In this document: piece after piece, positions 1 to 10,569 of the stretch
Numbering within the stretch: the first letter of the stretch is position 1
Layout: the number at the start of each line of letters is the position of its first letter
Assembly: GCF_001194135.2 (NCBI RefSeq)
Contig: NC_068988.1
Span: 75,422,373-75,470,380, forward strand
Source of the DNA: Octopus bimaculoides
Lineage: Eukaryota
DNA length: 48,008 nt
Reading direction: 5' to 3'
Notes under the pieces: generated by a model
Seen by the model: the letters and a program-made list of their open reading frames with translations, nothing else
Told to the model about the DNA's origin: nothing
The model's database searches: none
Translations under genes and position numbers: made by a program

Positions 1-30
<30 letters not shown>
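1..30. repeat. (GT)n microsatellite
   Basis: Pure GT dinucleotide run at the window start. Confidence 0.98.
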
Positions 31-31
<1 letters not shown>

Positions 32-104
32 GCCGCATAGCTCAGTGGTTAGAGCATCAAGCTTACGATCGTGAGGTTGTAAGTTCGAATCTCGGACCGA
101 GCTG
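31..104 (+). mobile_element. tRNA-derived SINE head, truncated after the B box
   Basis: A-box TAGCTCAGTGG and B-box GTTCGAATC at tRNA-like spacing; no acceptor-stem pairing; no SINE body follows. Confidence 0.75.
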
Positions 105-220
105 TTGATAGAATGGACAAGTACTTAAGGAAGAAAATTTTGCGGAAGTAACAGATGTTACAAAAATGGGGATGGACCTGTCAAACATGGAGAAATACGA
201 GAAGATGGCATGTAGGATAG

Positions 221-1099
221 GTGGTGACGTTAAGTTGTCACCATCCCAGAAAGTATTGGAAAAGTATTGGAAAAGTATTGGATAAGAAAACAGTAATATA
301 TAAGCTGTACTCAGTGGAAGAAAAGAAAATTGAAAATGTTGAGGCAGAAATAATAGAAAAGGCGTTGTGTTCCGTCTTGCAAGATATAACATATCTTGCC
401 AGAGGAAGCAGATACGGAACAATTGTTGTTCATATCAAGTCAGAAGGAAAAGCAAAAGAACACGCAGTAACCACAGTAAAGTCGGATAAAGTGCTCCTTC
501 TTCCCACTTATCTTGGAAGAAGGGCTTCCAGGATTAGGGTGGAGGGAATCTCACCGGAAACAGATGTGGCTTGGGTTGCGGCGGCAGTTCTTCTAGGAAG
601 TAAAGAAGAAATAGCCATCCTCCAAACCACGAAAACAGAAAATTCAGTGTGGAAGGCCCAAACATTGGACCTGATCATACGGGTCACTGCTGAAACACTG
701 GAAAATGTGGTGGAAACGGTGATCATTGGAGATGTAGGGTTGAGAGTGTGTGTGGAGGGCAGAACCCCTCGTTGTTTTAAATGTGGCCAAAAAGGCCACA
801 TTAGAGCACACTGCCCTCTGCAGAAGCCGAGAAGTCCGGAGGAGGTTAGAAAGGAGCCGGAGAATGTGCAACAGGAAGAAAAGAGAAACGAAGAACAGTG
901 GATGGTAACTGAAAGAAGAAAAAGGAAGAGGAAGAAAGGACAGATTGAATTAGAACCCCAAACCATACCCACCCCACCCATTCCCTCTCTGACCCACCTT
1001 CCCCCACAGACATCAAACCCACCCATTCCCCTCCTACACAAAGCAAGAGAAAAAAGAAATACAAACACACAAGGATCAACAAACTCCCCCTCCCACTGA
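221..1099 (+). pseudogene. Tx1-type ORF1 (gag-like nucleic-acid-binding protein, CCHC zinc knuckle)
   Basis: 292-aa ORF with RCFKCGQKGHIRAHC, LLPTYLGRRASRIRV and a basic ERRKRKRKK tract. Homologous motifs occur at 37140-37655, 38032-38298, 40121-40459 and in the minus-strand Tx1 ORF1 (about 44150-45030). The N-terminus from ATG 166 is frameshifted by an 11-bp triplication. Confidence 0.8.
250..282 (+). repeat. 3 x 11-bp tandem repeat (AAAGTATTGGA)
   Basis: Exact units at 250-260, 261-271 and 272-282. Confidence 0.95.
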
Positions 1100-1537
1100 A
1101 AATTGTTTCGCGTGTATGATGGTTGAAGGTGTGGACAAGGAACTGCTCAATAAGATAACAAAATGGAAGACTGCAAGATTTGTCCATGTCAAAGGATGGA
1201 CAAATATTGATGGATGGCACTCATGTGTCCTGGTGTCCGAAAGCTAAAAAGACGAAATATTGAAATTCAAGAGGGGTTATAAGTGTTGGAAGGTGAATTG
1301 TGATTTAAAGACAATATAAAGTACGAGAAACTGACCGAGAAATACGGTATAGATATTTTAAAGGACTCGGGATTTTAAAAGGAAGCAAGTGATGCTGCTT
1401 GAGGTGGGGCAAGTAGCTCATTTTCATTATCATTTATGTATGTCATACGTTTTAATTTTTAATGTTTTCATTTTTATATTCCCCACATGTTTGTATTGTC
1501 CCCTCTTCGTTGGCCCCTTGTGGATAATAAAAGATCA

Positions 1538-2027
1538 GCTGGATACATTTGGTGTTTGTCTGGTATGTTGATTTTTTTTTGTTCATTCTTATGTGCCTTG
1601 ATTATGCCTGCACTGACGATTAGAAAGTGTATTTTGTACACAATGTATGAAATCATATATGATTTGCGGCTGAATCTGTTTTTAAGAGTTCGGTTCAAGA
1701 TTTCCATTCCCTCGCATTCGGTACACTATATTCATTACGGTGGTTTTGACTTTAAGAGTCCCTCATAGCGTGAGGCATTTACGTATAGTAATGCCCTTAA
1801 TATAAATAAATATACAGTTCTATATTTTAAAAATGAGGAATTATGTACATTATTTACAATTGACGGGTATTTGTCCTCATCTTGTTCGTTGTTTACATAA
1901 CATTTCGGCTGATATACCTTCCAGACTTCATCAGGTGTCTTGGGGAAATTTCAAACCTGGGTTCTCATTCCTAAGGTATTTTTCGATGTTTTTGTTGTTG
2001 TTGTTGTTGTTGTTGTTGTTATTGTTG

Positions 2028-2096
<69 letters not shown>

Positions 2097-2265
2097 TCAC
2101 TGACTGGAATCAAACTCGGATTCTTGGGGTTAGTAGCCCGCACTCTTAACCACTACGCCATATGCCACTCTTAACTACTACTCCACATGCCCGTGGGCAT
2201 ATGGCATAGTGGTTAAGAGCGCGGGCTACTAACCCCAAGAATCCGAGTTTGATTCCAGTCAGTGA

Positions 2266-2313
<48 letters not shown>

Positions 2314-2962
2314 CAACAACAACAACAACAACATCGAAAAATACCTTAGGAATAAGAACCCACGTCCGAAATTTCCCCAAGACTCCTGATGAAGATTGTA
2401 TGGTATATCAGCCGAAACGTTGTAACAACAAACAAGGTGAGGACAAATATCCGTCAATTATAAATAACGTAAATAATATAAATATATTTATAGAGAATAA
2501 TTATGAATTTTTTCCCTTATGAGGTTTTTCACGCTGACTACTTGATAAATTCTTATAAAGATGTTATCCTATTTTTAAATTTTAAATTTAATCGGAATAA
2601 ATTCAGTGCTGAATTATTCTGGATATACATGTGTACCGAGAAGCAATTCGAAAGCCCACCTCTTACATAGACATGTAAGAGTGGACAGTTCTATGTACTA
2701 TGCTGGATACATTTGGTGTTCGTCTGGTATGTTGATTTTTGTTCATTTTTCTGTGTCTTAATTATGCCTGCACTGACGATTAGAAAGTGTATTTTGTACA
2801 CAATCTATGATTTGCGGCTGAATTTGTTTTTAAGAGTTCGGTTCAAGATTTGCATATCCTCGCGTTCAGTACACTGTATTCATTATGGTAGTTTTGACTT
2901 TAAAAGTCCTTCATAGTGTGAGGCATTTACGTATAGCAATGACCTTAATATAAATAAATATA
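1538..2962 (+). repeat. Local direct duplication (about 1538-1815 vs 2702-2962, continuing about 2497-2575 vs 2972-3052)
   Basis: GCTGGATACATTTGGTG...TTAATATAAATAAATATA and GAATAATTATGAATTTT...TTATCCTATTTTTA each occur twice with scattered substitutions and indels. Confidence 0.9.
1846..2471. mobile_element. Head-to-head inverted dimer of a tRNA-headed SINE with internal (AAT)n/(AAC)n tract
   Basis: Left arm about 1846-2166 (minus), right arm about 2196-2471 (plus); 2092-2141 is the exact reverse complement of 2221-2270; A/B boxes present; same family as 5409-5665. Confidence 0.9.
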
Positions 2963-3159
2963 TTTCAAGGGAATAATTATGAATTTTTCCCTTATGAGGT
3001 TTTTCACGCTGACTATTTGATAAATTCTTATAAAAATTTTATCCTATTTTTACATTATNNNNNNNNNNNNNNNNNNNNNNNNNNNNNNNNNNNNNNNNNN
3101 NNNNNNNNNNNNNNNNNNNNNNNNNGCTATATATATTGCGATATATATATATATATATA

Positions 3160-3947
3160 TGTAGTGAAAACTTCTCTCACTAGTATATATATTAACAGGC
3201 GAGCGTAGTAGAAAGCAACTCTTTCCCTGTCATCACCTGACTTACTATTATTTGAGCGGCAATTGTTTCCACTCCATTTGCCGCCAGGACGCAAATCGAC
3301 CAACCGTAGCCACTAATAAGGTCACGTGATAGAGTGTTTTTCTGATGCTTCTCTGGAGCCTATCTGTATCTATAAATAGCCTGCTAGATACCCGCCAATT
3401 CGTCGCGGCTCAGATCTTCTGAGATCTGAGTCGTAGACCACACAGAGCAGCAGCCAGTTCCAGCAACGACATCAACAACCACTTCAACTACGTACTACTA
3501 GCATCGCCGCCAGCGTCAACATGACTTCTACACGTACACAAGCTACCAACAGCTACCAAACAGCCACCGCAGCTTCTCAACCCGGTTTGTGTGAATCGCC
3601 TCACCACGAAATTAACAGCCAGAATTCAGCCTGCGAAGAACATCTGTATTCAAGGATCCGGCCCGACATAGAAGCCCCAACATCACGACGAGTGACCGCT
3701 CTGCCTTAACCTTAACTTCTTACATACAGACCTACAATCTAACTGTGTACCTCAACAGAACTGGTATTTCCTTATCCATGTTACTGACTCTTAAATATAC
3801 TCTGTAACTCTTACATACACATACATACATTTGTATACACACTCTTTTGTTTACATGACGGCCAGTCTTATATTGTGTTTTATTATGTCGCATTCACTCA
3901 CACACAGACATACAGTTTAATGCTCCAATAAATCTTACTGTTATACA
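3160..3947 (+). mobile_element. Probable solo LTR
   Basis: TGT...ACA termini, TATAAATA at 3371-3378, AATAAA at 3927-3932 just before the end, CpG-rich interior. No matching TSD seen (left flank is an AT microsatellite). Confidence 0.55.
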
Positions 3948-4273
3948 TCTTTATCAGTTGAGTCATTTTCTATTTTGTAGATCAATGACTTTGTAGCACT
4001 TTGAAATCTATATATTTTCGACAGCAGTTTAGGAACGACATCTAGCCAACCAATCAACTCCACGCTGATAAAGAGCAATAACCCAGGAAGCGGTCCGTGG
4101 ATGCGAAGTTGTACTGGGTGTAGGTGCTGTTCTCCTCTGTTCGAAAACATAAGGACACGGAATTTTTTGTCGCATAGCCAACTGGAAAGGATGTTTCTTG
4201 GAGCTAAAAAACAGCAACATTCGTCCCATCCTGGGACTGCCACATCGTGTTGGGAAAACGTCATTACTATATA

Positions 4274-4307
<34 letters not shown>

Positions 4308-5408
4308 NNNNNNNNNNNNNNNNNNNNNNNNNNNNNNNNNNNNNNNNNNNNNNNNNNNNNNNNNNNNNNNNNNNNNNNNNNNNNNNNNNNNNNNNNNNNN
4401 NNNNNNNNNNNNNNNNNNNNNNNNNNNNNNNNNNNNNNNNNNNNNNNNNNNNNNNNNNNNNNNNNNNGTGTGTGTGTGTGTATGTATGTATGTATGTATG
4501 TATGTACGTATGTGTATGTACAAATGTATGTATATGTACATATATGTGTGTGTTTGCGTGTATATACAAATACACATACACTATTTGTGCGATATTTTCA
4601 ACCGAGACATTATAATCGTATCTGACTCTTCAAGTGCTCCAGTTCTGTGTATGTATATATATTTACTAGATTGCTGACATTTATTAATAGCTTTTCCCAT
4701 TGTGTTGATGTACCATTTTCTATCAATGAAACTGTCGGCGTTTTTGACGACACGGGTGTGCTTATATGCGTCACTGTTTCTTGTTGTTATTTACAGAATT
4801 TTCACTCGTTACTCTTTCTTCATTCAACGCAGAATACCCACATGCTTGTTTATTTACACAACACTCTGAAACTATAGTTCTTAAAACTACGGGGAAGAAG
4901 TCGGTGGGTAAGTTGATGTAATCGGTTGGCACGCTTATCGTGAATTTATATTGTGTGTTGGTTCGATTCCCGCGCGTACTAATACCCACTTATGTCCGTC
5001 GAGAGTCTATATGTCCCAATATTAGTCAATTTTCTTTAGTCAATACACGGGGAATGCTCATAAGCTTAAAGCTTGTAATTATTATTGTTTACAGAATGTT
5101 GCGTGCGTGTGTGTGATAATATCGAAATTCTAAGTTATATAATCTTTGTAGACAATCTGAACTTATTATTATGAATGTTAGCATAGATTCGAAAAAACTT
5201 TCAAGAAAAACCAAACGAAATACTTATTAGTGACTTTGTCATTGTAAATGTTACCGTCCGAAGTCCATTTTGCAAAGATTTCTGGAGAACGTATGTAATC
5301 AGTTTGGAAGGAATTTTCCGTAAAAATACCATCTTTCAAATATTTATATTTTTATATGAGCGTCCGTTGGTATTCCAGGATATTTAAAACTATTTATTTA
5401 TAACGAAA

Positions 5409-5665
5409 CATATGCCCGTGGGCGTATGACGTAGTGGTTATGAGCGCGGGCTACTAACTCCAAGATTCCGAGTTCGATTCCAAGCAGTGACCTAAATAAT
5501 AATAATGATAATAATAACATCGAAAAATACCGTAGGAATGAGAACCCAGATTTGAAATTTCCCCCAAGACACCTGATGAAGGCTGGAGAGTATATCAGCT
5601 GAAACGTTGTGTTAACAACAAACAAGATGAGGACAAATATCCGTCAAATGTAAATAATGTAAATT
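5409..5665 (+). mobile_element. tRNA-headed SINE with a hammerhead-like 3' module
   Basis: A-box TGACGTAGTGG, B-box GAGTTCGATTCC, (AAT)n tract, then GACAC-CTGATGA-A-GGCTG...CAGCT-GAAAC-GTT-GTGTT; same family as both arms of 1846-2471. Confidence 0.85.
5568..5613 (+). ncRNA. Putative minimal type-I hammerhead ribozyme motif
   Basis: Stem I GACAC/GTGTT, core CTGATGA plus an extra A, stem II GGCTG/CAGCT, GAAA, palindromic AC-GT stem III, NUH = GUU. Activity not demonstrated. Confidence 0.55.
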
Positions 5666-5748
5666 ATTTTCTTGTCGATAAGTAGGACATTCACTAAGTA
5701 TCAATGAAATATCAATCTTTAGCCGTCAGGATCTGGTGGTGCGGGCGT

Positions 5749-5797
5749 GTGTGTAAACGCTGATGTGTGTAAACGCTGATGTGTGTAAACAACTGAT
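5749..5797. repeat. About 3 x 16-bp tandem repeat (GTGTGTAAACGCTGAT)
   Basis: Two exact units and one variant unit. Confidence 0.9.
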
Positions 5798-6453
5798 TCT
5801 ATGGTAGATATTTTCTAAACCTCATGTTGCTAGTTTAAGGCTGACTGCCATAAAGTGGCAGGCAAAATGACTACAAAGTAACTTTAAATCAGAAACTGTC
5901 GACAAGACTATAATTAATTATATTGTTTTAAAACAGAAACTTTTTTCTTTATACTTTTATTCCTTCATTTTTTATTCATCCTTCTGCTTGACCGGTCAAC
6001 TCAAACCAAAGTTTGTTTTGTTTTGTTTGCCTTGTAATATGTAAATGTTACCATTTAAACAAATCCAACTCGATATAGGTATAAATTATCGTTAACTCAG
6101 GTTTCTACAGCATATAACTTTATGCATGAGTCCGACGAATCCATCTTCGGTTTTGTATCTGTGGCGCTTCATGTATCAATAGTTGCATTTATTGTGACAT
6201 AGTAATATAGTAATGCTTATGACATAGACTTCTGTGGAAACAACTGTAAATGGATGAAATAAAAAGATTTTCTCACTCCATTCTCCTTGGTTATGATTGC
6301 AAGAACTCTGTGAACTTTTGTAGATTCGTAGACGTGTTTGCTATGTAATATACCACCGTCGGATTACCATCTGTCTGACAGCCCAGTCCCGTGGATGGGC
6401 TTAATAGTGTAAACTCCAGGGTTAACACCGAAATGAAACATTTGTATACTTAC

Positions 6454-6629
6454 ATTCTGCAATATTTTCTTTGATGATGGTAATGTAAAGATCTCTGTCG
6501 GGTCGCGTATGTTCATGCCAGAAGCCGAGGGCATGCATTAATTCATGTATAATGGTACCTTGGCTTTCACAACCATTTCCAATTGACACATCTTGTGGAC
6601 CTCCACGGCGGCCTACTGGACTGTAACAT
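6454..6629 (-). CDS. Astacin (peptidase M12A) exon with the zinc-binding motif
   Basis: TACAG|A TGT TAC ... GAA T|GTAAGT; encodes [58 protein letters not shown] (HEXXHXXGXXH + EHTRPDRD). Phase matches the upstream exon. Confidence 0.95.
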
Positions 6630-7129
6630 CTGTAAATATTTTTAAACATTGATCGTTTTAATGTATGTACACACACGCACGCACGCGCATGCATATACTG
6701 CAATGTGGATTTCAAGAAACATGGAGAGAGAACTCAATACAAAGCACAGTAAAGGGTATGATTTAATATAGTCTGCATCATGAATTACATAATATCACCA
6801 AGAAACATATTAATAACAAAACCAAAACATCTATAATACATACAACCCTTAAGTGGTCATTATGGAAGTGTTAGCCTCTTGTCCTGTGCAGATAATTTTC
6901 CTCTAGTATACTGAGTTACTTCCCTTATATCAACCAAGTGGCAAATGTCAAAGTGACATCCTCTCAATGATTCCATCTTTGCTTAGCATATTTAAGTTTC
7001 GCTTGTTAAGATTTTTTTTGCAAATAGACTTATTATACTTGGCAGTGAGACCTGATATGGTTAACATTCAGTCAATTAAGCCTACAAGATAAACTTCCTC
7101 ATTAGCCACAGCTACAGAAAACTATTCTT

Positions 7130-7650
7130 TTATTCTTTTACTTGTTTCAATCATTTGACTGCGTTCATGCTGGAGCACCACCTTTAGTCGAACAAATCGA
7201 CCCCAGGACTAATTCTTTGTATGCCTAGTATTTATTCTATCGGTTCCTTTTCCCGAAATTACAGGGATATAAGCACACTAGCATCGGTTGTCAAGCGATG
7301 GCGCGTGTAACAAACACAGGCACACACACATAAATACGCATACATATATATATATATATATATANNNNNNNNNNNNNNNNNNNNNNNNNNNNNNNNNNNN
7401 NNNNNNNNNNNNNNNNNNNNNNNNNNNNNNNNNNNNNNNNNNNNNNNNNNNNNNNNNNNNNNNNNNNNNNNNNNNNNNNNNNNNNNNNNNNNNNNNNNNN
7501 TATATACAACGGGCTTATTTCAGTTTCCGTCTACCAAATCCACTCACAAAGCGTTGGTCGACACTTACCAAAGGTTCCATGCAATAGGACCGAACCCGGA
7601 ACCATGTGGCTGGGAAGCAGGCTTCTTACCACACAGCCATGCCTGCGCCT
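7130..7650 (-). mobile_element. tRNA-derived SINE with internal (CA)/(TA) microsatellite and gap
   Basis: Degenerate A/B boxes on the minus strand at about 7585-7645; SINE-like body on both sides of the microsatellite. Confidence 0.7.
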
Positions 7651-8488
7651 CAACATGAACTATAAAAATGACTTACTATTGTACTACAAACATTAGAGAT
7701 ACTATAATACACAAGTCGAGTAAATTAAGAGAAATTAAGATGTATTCCGATTGGCCAATTATGTAAACAGAGGTGATAACACATGAACAAGAAGTCAGCT
7801 CTAAAACAAAAAAAGAAAGAAAAAGCTATACCATACATTATCTTTCGCTACACTGGTATGGTAGCAAATAGGTTTAAGCAACATTGCTTCCACCAACTAC
7901 TTCTGCCCAAAGAGAGTTGGAATGCAACAATGTCATCGAGTTACACGAGGCACATAAAAGTGTATGGCAGTAGCTTCGACCTTGAATGAAAGATCTTCGA
8001 CAGGAATAACATACTCAATGGGTCTAAAACGTGCATCTTAAATAGTGAGTAGTAGAGGTTAATCTTGAATAACAGCAACAATTCCAGTAATTGTCTAACT
8101 ATAAGATTACTTTAAGATTTTGGAAATATATACCAATGCTAGATTAAGCAGTTTACTATTGATCTAGCATACTTTCCTTTTTTATGCGTTTATTTTATCA
8201 TGGATGTTCTCCACAATATACTGAATATTATTCTATCCAGCAATATATTTTTCATCAGTTCACTTTTTTCTCTTGAAGATCTGTTTTGCTAAATTTTCTT
8301 AAATGTAACGTAAATTAAACTTGTCAGCTAAGAGTGTTCAACTTTTCACAGTCGAGGCAAATGACAACCTTCTACAAATTTATATAACCTGATGTGTTTG
8401 CGTAGGATAATGCTGGTTTTATATTATGAAGCTGTTAATAATGATGCGTTAACTCGTACTTTGCCTACACAAGCGCGCGCGCACGCAC

Positions 8489-8552
<64 letters not shown>

Positions 8553-8984
8553 ACGCTGTTGACGTCATAAGAATTTTTATAGAATTTCAAGGGAACGTGG
8601 TACAGTAATTGCTTTCGGGCATATCTCGAAGCACGCACATAAAGCCTTAAATAATAGCATGTAACTATTGGACGGGTGTGTGTATACACTTATATATTTA
8701 AATATACACGCTCGTATGTGTGATAAATGTGTATGTGAGTGTGTGTTTTTAAATTGAACCGAATTGTGCGACACAAAAGCCAGTTTCTGTATTGATTACG
8801 CCCATTGGAATAATACTGAATGCTCCATATTGTTATTGCTATCCTTTTTAAATCTAAAGTTTTTAGATCTCTTTTGAAAAGCTAAAACCGTAGGCTGGAA
8901 GTTGACTTCATTTAGTTACCTTATTTCTGGCTTCTGTGTTGAAGTTATTCATCGCTTGGACTAACTTTTTACTTCAACCACAAA

Positions 8985-9044
8985 CAAATATTACACCAAA
9001 TATTACTAATACTTCTGTATTAGTAATATTTGGTGTAATATTTG
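8985..9044. repeat. Perfect 28-bp-arm hairpin with a 4-nt loop
   Basis: CAAATATTACACCAAATATTACTAATAC-TTCT-GTATTAGTAATATTTGGTGTAATATTTG. Confidence 0.97.
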
Positions 9045-9047
9045 CTA

Positions 9048-9180
9048 GACTCGAGGTCGATTTTGCCTTTGATCCTTTCGAGATCGATAAAATAATTACC
9101 AGTTGAGTACTGGATCGATGTAAGCCACTTAACCCCACCCTGGAAATTGCTGGCCGTGTGCCAAAATTTGAAATCGATAT
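9048..9180 (+). mobile_element. 5'-truncated SINE body
   Basis: GAGGTCGATTTTGCCTTT...GTGCCAAAATTTGAAA; same family as 9480-9595 and 28600-28905. Confidence 0.7.
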
Positions 9181-9479
9181 CTGATGTAATATAATAATTG
9201 ATATAACAGACTTATATAATCTTCAGCAATTAGTTGATGTTTATGATCCAAGGTATTCCAGCTTAGACCATTCCATATGTGACTTCATTTTTAAGAAGTA
9301 AGGTGTGATTTAAGATAAATTTGGTTGCTATTTCTAGTCACACCAGCGACTATGTAGAGGCAAAGGACTTATTTCGTTTAATAATTAGAAATAGCTGGAC
9401 CCGTGTAAAATTCACGGAAAACAAAAAATGTAAGCATCTGTAAACAGTGTACTGGTGCCATGAGAAATGTCTGTATATC

Positions 9480-9595
9480 ATGACCGTCTGCCTTTACGTT
9501 CTGAGTTCAAATTCTGCCAAGGTCGACTTTGCCTTTCGTCCTTTCGGGGTCGATCTACTCAACTGGCCCCTTCCCCACAAAAGAATTCAGGCCTA
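9480..9595 (+). mobile_element. SINE fragment
   Basis: CTGAGTTCAAATTC B-box followed by GGTCGACTTTGCCTTTCGTCCTTTCGGGGTCGAT. Confidence 0.7.
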
Positions 9596-9887
9596 GAAAA
9601 GTATATAGTGACAGTTACAGAATATAGAAAGTAATGCAACACCAATGACTATATAATCCAACCAAAATATCTCAGTTACACAAACGTAAACGGAATTACT
9701 ATTTAACCTTAAAATACATTGTACATATTCAAAGAAACTTAATGTACAAATTGCAATGCAAAAGAACGAAATAATAAATGAATTTATGAATGAAAGTTTG
9801 GTAATTGCGTTTATTTCCACTACGTGACACTTATTATTGCAAACATGTTTTAACTAACCTAAACTATACTCACATACAAGTACATTC

Positions 9888-9935
<48 letters not shown>

Positions 9936-10283
9936 NNNNNNNNNNNNNNNNNNNGCCAGACTTGTCATATTCTGTGTCATATTCTGTAAGTTAATTTTAT
10001 CCTCGTGTGGTAATGAAAAGTAAAAATTGACATCCAATATTTGCTGTGTGTATGTATATATGTATGAACTTTTCTTTGGATTTATGTATCTACTGTCTCT
10101 CTCACTTTCTCTCTTTCTCTTTCACTTCTTTTGTCCCTATTCTCTCCCGCTTTTTGGTTTAACTATGTGTATATGTAGCTAATGTATCTATGTATCTACT
10201 TCTCTTGCGATGTGATAAACATTTAAAAACACAAAACGAACGCCGTCACCACTCACTGTCTGTTTCACTCTCTCTCTTTCTCT

Positions 10284-10317
<34 letters not shown>

Positions 10318-10569
10318 TTCCTTCTCTCTTACGTCCTCTCTGAAACATTTAAAANNNNNNNNNNCATTTAAAAACACAAAACGAACGCCGTCACCACTCA
10401 CTGTCTGTTTCACTCTCACTCTCTCTCTTTCTCTCTCACTCTCTCTTTCTCTCTCACTCTCTCTCTCTCTCTCTCTCTTACTTTCTCTATGTCCTCCTCT
10501 CTCTCTCTCGCTTTGCCACTTCTTTGAAGTAAGTGTGACGTACACAACAGGTACGTACAAAAACAAAAA

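Larger units (their letters stand above)
105..1534 (+). mobile_element. ORF1-only Tx1-related non-LTR element (HAL1-like)
   Basis: Gag-like ORF with a CCHC knuckle, followed by a T-rich 3' UTR ending TTGTATTGTCCC...GGCCCCTTGTGGATAATAAAAGA, the same terminus type as the Tx1 copy at 40847-41070. No endonuclease or RT sequence in between. Confidence 0.7.

Noticed and set aside
31-104. Possible functional tRNA gene
   Set aside because: The acceptor and T stems do not pair and there is no terminator; it matches a SINE head.
1487-1768. ORF ending SVHYIHYGGFDF, resembling an astacin Met-turn (also 2713-2916)
   Set aside because: Opposite strand to the astacin exons, no Met, no YDY motif, no splice context; likely coincidence.
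1833-2457. Poly-Leu, poly-Asn and poly-Val/Ile ORFs
   Set aside because: Translations of (TTG)n/(TTA)n tracts inside the SINE dimer.
3941-4264. 107-aa minus-strand ORF as a downstream astacin exon
   Set aside because: No recognisable astacin, ShK, CUB, MAM or EGF motif in any frame and no convincing donor site.
4600-4660. Minus-strand YDYN motif as the missing Met-turn exon
   Set aside because: Followed by VSVENI rather than SxMHY, with an in-frame stop just upstream.
10220-10500. Duplicated CATTTAAAAACACAAAACGAACGCC... block
   Set aside because: Flanks a 10-N gap beside CT microsatellites; probably a haplotype or assembly artefact.
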